A stretch of 63,599 nucleotides of DNA, counting the filler, from Saprolegnia diclina VS20 (Eukaryota): NCBI RefSeq assembly GCF_000281045.1. It is 3 parts of 2 records of this genome, joined end to end, with 100 filler letters (N's around TTAATTAATTAA, not from the genome) between each part and the next. Parts side by side here need not be neighbours in the genome. Positions count along the whole stretch, not along the records: positions 52,395 to 63,599 come from NW_008246090.1; 2 more parts are not named here. The stretch is one strand, 5' to 3'. Positions 57,535 through 63,599 of this stretch are shown here, one piece after another. The position numbers and the translations under genes were made by a program. The notes beneath the pieces were generated by a model. The model had not been told where the DNA came from. It saw nothing but the letters and a program-made list of their open reading frames with translations, and did not search any database. How positions within the stretch are numbered: position 1 is the first letter of the stretch; the number at the start of each line of letters is the position of its first letter.

Positions 57535-58404
57535 TCATGGCGCTCGTCGCAGCTCGACGGTCGGCATCTCGAGGCTGCCGGCGTTGAACGCCGCTAGGAT
57601 CGCATCGCGCTGGCGCGTCATGGCCTCCAAGACGCGGTCTTCGTAGCAGACAAACGCAAGCCGCGCGCGCCACCGCACGGCCTTGATGTAGTCGCGGTAC
57701 ACACACATCGCAATCGTCGCGGCTTCGTGGACCGGAAAGCCGAGTGACCCGGTCGAGATGGACGCGATCGCAATGCATGTGGCGCCGACCTCGCGCGCGC
57801 GCTCAAACGCGTTAAAGTACGTCCGGTACAAGGTCGCGGCGCAGTCGGGGCGGTTCGTTGAGGGCCCGACGCAGTGGATCAAGTGGTCGACGCCGGCCTT
57901 GAACCCCGGCGTCGCGACCGCATCGGCCACATACCGCCGCGTGTTGCGAAACTCGGGGCTTCGTAGCAGCACTGTGAGCTCCTTGCCCGCGCGGTTGAAG
58001 ACGGCGCCGGCCGCGCCAATGCCAAAGCTCAGGAGCGACGAGTTGGACGGAAAGATGAGGCAGTCGAGCTTTGTGCTGCCAATGCTCGTGACGCGGCCAA
58101 TGTCGCCGCGGACGACCTGCATCGACGAAAAGATAGCGTGCTCGATGCATGTCTCGAGAAAGGCCTTGCACGCGGGCGAGAGCTGCACCTTGAACGGCGG
58201 CATTGGTAGCGCCACATGCGGCAAAATCGCAGGGTTGACCTCGCTAAAGTGGGCCTGCGCCAGCCGCCGCCACAAGAGATCGTCTTCGCCATACGCGCAG
58301 AGGCCGTTCGTCGAGAGGACGACGACGCTCAGCGCATGCGCGGTGCTCGGAGGGCTCATCTCGAGGAGGCTCTGGCAAATGTCCTGGTTCGCGAGCAGCT
58401 CCAT
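57535..58404 (-). CDS. Macrodomain protein with F-box-like N-terminus (copy 1)
   Basis: VVRGDI..DCLIFPSNSSL..GIGAAGAVFNRAG..TPGF..HLIHCVGP..IAIASISTGSLGFP; start MELLANQD. Confidence 0.85.
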   Translation of the reverse strand: MELLANQDICQSLLEMSPPSTAHALSVVVLSTNGLCAYGEDDLLWRRLAQAHFSEVNPAILPHVALPMPPFKVQLSPACKAFLETCIEHAIFSSMQVVRGDIGRVTSIGSTKLDCLIFPSNSSLLSFGIGAAGAVFNRAGKELTVLLRSPEFRNTRRYVADAVATPGFKAGVDHLIHCVGPSTNRPDCAATLYRTYFNAFERAREVGATCIAIASISTGSLGFPVHEAATIAMCVYRDYIKAVRWRARLAFVCYEDRVLEAMTRQRDAILAAFNAGSLEMPTVELRRAP

Positions 58405-58636
58405 GGCGGCGACGAGCCGACAGAAAATGAACCCCCGAAAAATAGACCCACCCAACCGGCGCATCCGGATATCGAACGGCAAGTCCGATCTTCGACGATC
58501 AGGCAAGCTTGAAGTTGCGCCTTCTCGCCTTGCCACGTATTAGGATGTGACCACTAGCGACAACTTGTACATCGCTTTGTCCATGCTGCTGCTTGAACAG
58601 CTCATAACTTGAAAAATGAGAAAAGCTAATACGTGT

Positions 58637-59629
58637 TTAGGCAGCGTCGTTATCGCGCTGGCCTTCGTCGTGGGCAGCCGGCTCTTCCTCATCTTCTTCA
58701 TCGTCACTGTGCAGCACACGGTTGCGCGTGCCGAACGGCTCGGTACGGGGCTCAACCTCCAAGCAGCCGTCGTTGAACCGATGCAGCGTCGCTTCCCGCG
58801 CAGCATGGAATGCATCAAAGATCGTCTCTTCGTAGCAGATGAAGCCCACTTTGGCGCGCCAGCGGTAGGCCTTGACGACGTCGCGGTACGCCGCCATCGC
58901 AATGCGGCTCGCCTCTGGCACGGGAAAGCCGAGCGACCCCGTCGAGATGGACGCGACCACGACGCAGCGCGCGTCGAGGCGTATGGCCTCTTGAAACGCG
59001 TGCACGTACGTGAGGTAGAGCCGTGACGCTGCGTTTGGCATGCGCCAGTAGGGCCCAATGCAGTGGATGAGGTGGTTCGCGCCCGAGTTGAAGCCGGGCG
59101 TGACGACGACCTCGGCCGTGTCGTAATGGCGATTGCGCGTGTACTCGCGCGTCGACACGAGCAAGTCGAGCTCGATGCCCGCGCGCTCAAAGATGGCGGC
59201 GGCCGCGCCAATTCCGTGGTTGCGCAGTGACGGGTTCGTCGGGAAGACAAAGCAGTCAATGGGCGTACCATCGAGATTCGTGATCGTGCCAATGTTGCCG
59301 CGGACCACCGACATGGCTTGGAAGAGCGACCGCTCCATCGTCGTCTCGATAAACTCTTTGCAAAGGGCCGAGACGGAGGGTACCTCGGCGTCCATCTCCC
59401 ATTTCGGATGGCGACACAGCGCCGGCAGCACGGGAAAGGCCACGAGCGGCGCGTACGGCCGGGCCGGGCCAAAGTGGGCGTCGACGAGGCGTGCCCAGAG
59501 CGCGTCGCTGGCGCCATACGACCGCAGCTGCTTGTTCGTGAGCACGACGAGGGCAAGCGGCGCGGCCGTCTCGGCCATGCACATCTGCAGTACGCTCGCC
59601 GCAATGTCTGGGTTCAGGAAGAGCTCCAT
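58637..59629 (-). CDS. Macrodomain protein with F-box-like N-terminus (copy 2)
   Basis: VVRGNI..DCFVFPTNPSL..GIGAAAAIFERAG..TPGF..HLIHCIGP..VASISTGSLGFP; start MELFLNPD. Confidence 0.85.
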   Translation of the reverse strand: MELFLNPDIAASVLQMCMAETAAPLALVVLTNKQLRSYGASDALWARLVDAHFGPARPYAPLVAFPVLPALCRHPKWEMDAEVPSVSALCKEFIETTMERSLFQAMSVVRGNIGTITNLDGTPIDCFVFPTNPSLRNHGIGAAAAIFERAGIELDLLVSTREYTRNRHYDTAEVVVTPGFNSGANHLIHCIGPYWRMPNAASRLYLTYVHAFQEAIRLDARCVVVASISTGSLGFPVPEASRIAMAAYRDVVKAYRWRAKVGFICYEETIFDAFHAAREATLHRFNDGCLEVEPRTEPFGTRNRVLHSDDEEDEEEPAAHDEGQRDNDAA

Positions 59630-59826
59630 CCTCGTTCTGCTGTTCGAAATGGAAATGGAAAATCCAGCAATAGAACCAGCGGCGCCGTCGAGAGTGACGA
59701 TCGATTGAAACAAGAGTGTAGGTCTGGCTTCGACGCGCCACGATGCCAAGCACACAAGGCCCAGGCTGCTAGGAAGAGGCTTGCTGCGTGTCTATTCCCA
59801 ATCTATTATCGCGTTCTTAGGCGAGG

Positions 59827-61512
59827 CTACCACCCAGGGACAGATGCCCACGCGTCTCCGTCTTCGTCCGAGTCGGGGACAATGTCAAACATGGTGTCCA
59901 TCACCGACGCATTTGGTGCCTGCGTGCTCGCAGCATTCGATGCCGGCGCAGTTTCGCAGGGTTTCATGTCTCTATCCTCATCCTCATCTTCATCCTCATC
60001 TTCGTCGCCGAGGCTTCGTTGGGACTGGGACGCCAGCAGGGTACCATGGTCGTCGACCACGGGCAAGTCGGCCCACGACAGCATGTCTTCGTCAAATGCA
60101 TCTTCGTCTTCATCCCCGTCCTCATTCCGTGTGGCAGGGTGCATGACCAAACCTTGACGCTAAGGCCATGCACTCGTATACCAATGCACCTCGCACATGG
60201 CAGGTCTACCTGAATCTCAAACGGAAACGAAATGTGCGGCGACATGGACGATTTGAGAATCGTGAGCGTCCGCGAAAACGACGTCGTGCGCTCCAGTATG
60301 ATCTACCCTTCAGCGTATTGGCGCGTTATAACAGCAGACAGCACGCACGCGAATCGTGATGCTGTGGGCCCAGGCCACACCCAGCGCCGGATGCGAGTAC
60401 GCCGGCGCCCCTACGTCCGTAACATGAGCGCTTGTATGTGTAAGGGGGTACATGATCGACGTAGTACCGTCGTGGTGCTTGGTGGTTGCGTGGTTGGTCA
60501 CGACCACAAAGGCCTCGTACGCCGCAGCCAAGTACTTGAGATTGCTGGCGACGTTCATGAGCAGCATCTGCCGCTTCGCCAACGACATTTCAAGGCCGCT
60601 CTAACCTTGTGTCGATATCCGAGGTGCTTTGCAGTGGCTACTACCTCTTGGGCCAGCGACGCCAGCGAATCGACGAGGAGCATTTTGCAGCTGCCCGTCA
60701 AGTCGGCTGCGAGACCGTCAAGACTACAATGTTCGTGAGAGGAGAGACAATGACGCTGTGCGGACGCACTGCGTTTGGAGCTCGTCGAGCGTCGAGACTG
60801 GCACGAGGCGAATGTGCTGCGCGATGGCTGCAACCTTGGCACACAGCGCCGCCTCGGTCGTGTAGGCCATGGGCGACAGCCGTGCGCGCGCCATCTCGCA
60901 GATCCTACAAATGCGGTAGGTACACTGCATGTCATTAGTATCGCGAAGGAGTCCTATACCGCTTGGCGCTGACGTTCTGGCCGCTGTTGAAGTACAAAAT
61001 CGTCGTGTCGGGATACTCGATCGCGCAGAGCACCGCGAGCTGCATGCAAAACTGCGACTTGCCAATGCCAGAGACACCGGCGAGCTAGGTGCGCCATGGA
61101 GTCGTAAAGGGATTGGGACGCTGCACCTCGGTGATGGCGCCGCAGGGCAGACCGCCGTACATGCCTTTGTCAAGCTCAGCCAGCGTCGTTCGGAGGCTCG
61201 ATGGCGAGTTGACGCTGTTCATAAACATGTCAAAGGCCTACGCAGCATGAGCTTTATGCAAGCTGTAGCGGCAGCGCGCACGAGCGTTGGCTTGGGGCAG
61301 CTGCGGAGCGCGATCCGGGCCACGAGGTGCTAGTACACGATGGGCGGACGCCAGAGTCGGGTGCCATGTACCTCGAGCTCGGTCGTCGAGACGTCGAGGA
61401 TCTGAGCTGCCTCCATCTCGGAGACCTGGACGAGCCGCTTGAAGCTGCGGATACCCTTGGCCTCGAGCGCCGTCGCCGCGACGCCTTCTTGTGCCAAGAC
61501 ATGCCGCAACAT
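59827..61512 (-). CDS. RAD51B: RAD51 paralog (RAD51B-like), multi-exon, with acidic C-terminal tail
   Basis: GGLPCGAITE, Walker A G.SGIGKSQFC, Walker B LLVDSLASL, ASNLKYLAAAY..VVVTNH, PALGVAWAHSITIR. The assignment to paralog B is tentative. Confidence 0.7.
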
Positions 61513-61941
61513 CGCGCTGACCGGTTACTGCTGCCATCATATCCGGATAGCCACGCACGACCTTCATTCGGCGCTCCGCCAACTGATCACAGAGCGCACT
61601 CACGGAGCGCACTTGCGGATCGCCAACCGTGAAGGTTCAAAAGAGATCATCGCGGACGTTCCGACCTGACGATGAGCTTGGCACTACTCTTGTTACTCAA
61701 GCTCAGGACACCACAATTAAGGCATTGGCCGGACACCTCGAGCCAGGAACCGCTCGACTGAAGTACCAGCTGGTTGCTCGTCATCGCGCAGGCGAAAGGC
61801 GGTTGATTGTGGATACCGTCATCGTTGACGTGTGGGGTCATCGCGGTATCGTACATGTATCCGTACCAGTGTGCAAGCTGCATTTATGCCACCTACGAGT
61901 CCCGCACCAATCTTAAAGTACTTTTCAATTTGCTTGCTGAA

Positions 61942-62407
61942 ATGACAACGACGACGACGACCAACGACAAGACCAACAAAGCGCCAGTCCACATGCCCCT
62001 CGCGCTGCACCTGGCTGCTGTCGTGCCTGCCAGCGTNNNNNNNNNNNNNNNNNNNNNNNNNNNNNNNNNNNNNNNNNNNNNNNNNNNNNNNNNNNNNNNN
62101 NNNNNNNNNNNNNNNNNNNNNNNNNNNNNNNNNNNNNNNNNNNNNNNNNNNNNNNNNNNNNNNNNNNNNNNNNNNNNNNNNNNNNNNNNNNNNNNNNNNN
62201 NNNNNNNNNNNNNNNNNNNNNNNNNNNNNNNNNNNNNNNNNNNNNNNNNNNNNNNNNNNNNNNNNNNNNNNNNNNNNNNNNNNNNNNNNNNNNNNNNNNN
62301 NNNNNNNNNNNNNNNNNNNNNNNNNNNNNNNNNNNNNNNNNNNNNNNNNNNNNNNNNNNNNNNNNGGCAAGGAGCCGTGGCTGCAGCATGTCGAGAAACA
62401 AGCATAA
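61942..62407 (+). CDS. Probable DUF2306 paralog, mostly within an assembly gap
   Basis: MTTT..MPLALHLAAVVPAS resembles the start of the downstream gene (VPVSFHLAALASA); a candidate C-terminus GKEPWLQHVEKQA* follows the gap. Confidence 0.4.
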
Positions 62408-62966
62408 TATTGCGATAAATGTTCTTCACCAGGCTTTTCAGGCACAAGCTTTTCGGAGGGAAACTTTAAACGCACTAGAGAGTGTTCGCCAAAGGAGTAC
62501 ACTCTGTCCGCATGCACGGACAGAAGCTCACCACATCCACATGATGCCTGCGAATTAGCTATCAGATTGATAGCACTGTGCACGCAATTTGGGCGCGTGT
62601 TGTTGCACGGTATTTTCGCATCGAGGATGACGTTACATGGCGTATCGACGGACGAGTAGTTGCCGATGATCTTTTGACGCATGCGACTAGTGAAGAGTTC
62701 ATGCTGCAGTGCTTCCTACCCGAACAGGGCATGGCAGTTGAGGGGATGTCGATGACTGGCATTGGAAGCCGAGTCGTCGTACTAGACACTTGAGCTCAAG
62801 TGACTCCACCAACATACGTTGGTGCTAACCTGCACTCTCGCATGCGACGAGTGCATTTGATTGCGAATACCGTCATCGTTGACGGCAAGGGCAATCTCAA
62901 AATTCGATGGCAGTTTGCTCAGCGCACGCCCCTCACCTCCATTGTGAATTTTGAATTTAGCAAACC

Positions 62967-63377
62967 ATGACCACGTGCGACCGAGCTAGTATGGCGCCTT
63001 GCGACCGGGCGACTGTGCCTGTGAGTTTCCACCTCGCGGCCCTCGCGTCTGCAACTGCCCTCGGCGCTGTCGTCTTTGCAACAAAGAAAGGGACCAAGCT
63101 GCACGTGCTGCTCGGGCGCGCGACGACAGCAGCGATCGCGGCCACGTGCATCTCGAGCTTCCGCGTCAAGGAGCTTCGATCCCAAAAGGGCTGCCTCGGC
63201 TCGGTTCATGCGCTGAGTGCGCTCACGCTTGCGTCCCTGGCGCGCGGCATGTATGCCATTTCGACGCGCAAGGTCAAGGCGCACCAAAAGTTCATGGCCG
63301 GCTCAATGCTCGGCCTCCTCGGCATCGGTGCCCTCACGCTGCTCAAGCTCAGCACACGAACGCGTTCAGTGCAATAG
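62967..63377 (+). CDS. DUF2306-family small membrane protein
   Basis: HLAA..LGAV..KKGTKLH..LGR..SSF..SVHALS..TL..AHQKFM..GALTLL with four conserved His residues. Confidence 0.75.
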   Translation: MTTCDRASMAPCDRATVPVSFHLAALASATALGAVVFATKKGTKLHVLLGRATTAAIAATCISSFRVKELRSQKGCLGSVHALSALTLASLARGMYAISTRKVKAHQKFMAGSMLGLLGIGALTLLKLSTRTRSVQ

Positions 63378-63599
63378 TCTAGTGCGTTGGGAATTGAAGA
63401 CACGTCTACGCACTTGAATATTTGGGATTTTGAACGTGGACTGGACCGTGTGAAATGGTGGAGTCAAAGTTGAGGCTACGAAAACTCTAATATGAGCCGG
63501 AACTTCTCCATTTGAGCAAAGCCGGTTCCTTTCCAACGGACAATCTCGGCGGCTAGACGGCAACTTGCATTGGTGGACAAACGCCAAAGTTGAAGTGGC

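Noticed and set aside
1..63599. tRNA, rRNA or CRISPR arrays
   Set aside because: None recognised by eye; tRNAscan-SE or Infernal would be needed to exclude small RNA genes.

Overview
Eukaryotic, GC-rich, gene-dense draft-assembly DNA with short GT-AG introns. It most resembles a saprolegnialean oomycete (inferred from codon usage, KRE6/SKN1 paralogs, a standard-code cox3 fragment and CCAAT motifs). Well-supported genes: an LRR plus CCHCR1-like coiled-coil protein, CCDC146, an intronless cytoplasmic dynein heavy chain, KIN17, THOC7, a KRE6/SKN1 cluster, an Aa_trans amino-acid permease, a TPR protein, a Uma2-like nuclease, a bacterial-type MFS transporter, a PH-PP2C phosphatase, NRAMP, RPL35, two tandem macrodomain genes, a RAD51 paralog and DUF2306 membrane proteins. 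The spacers hold retroelement relics, a ~414-bp cox3 NUMT and a ~152-bp near-perfect palindrome. The strongest candidates for undescribed biology are (1) a tandem pair of F-box-like plus macrodomain proteins (possible ADP-ribose-reading ubiquitin-ligase adaptors) beside a RAD51 paralog, and (2) a protein resembling the PI3K-gamma regulatory subunit p101/p87, about 2 kb from a PH-PP2C phosphatase with a phosphoinositide-binding motif. All family calls are by-eye motif recognition; no searches were run.
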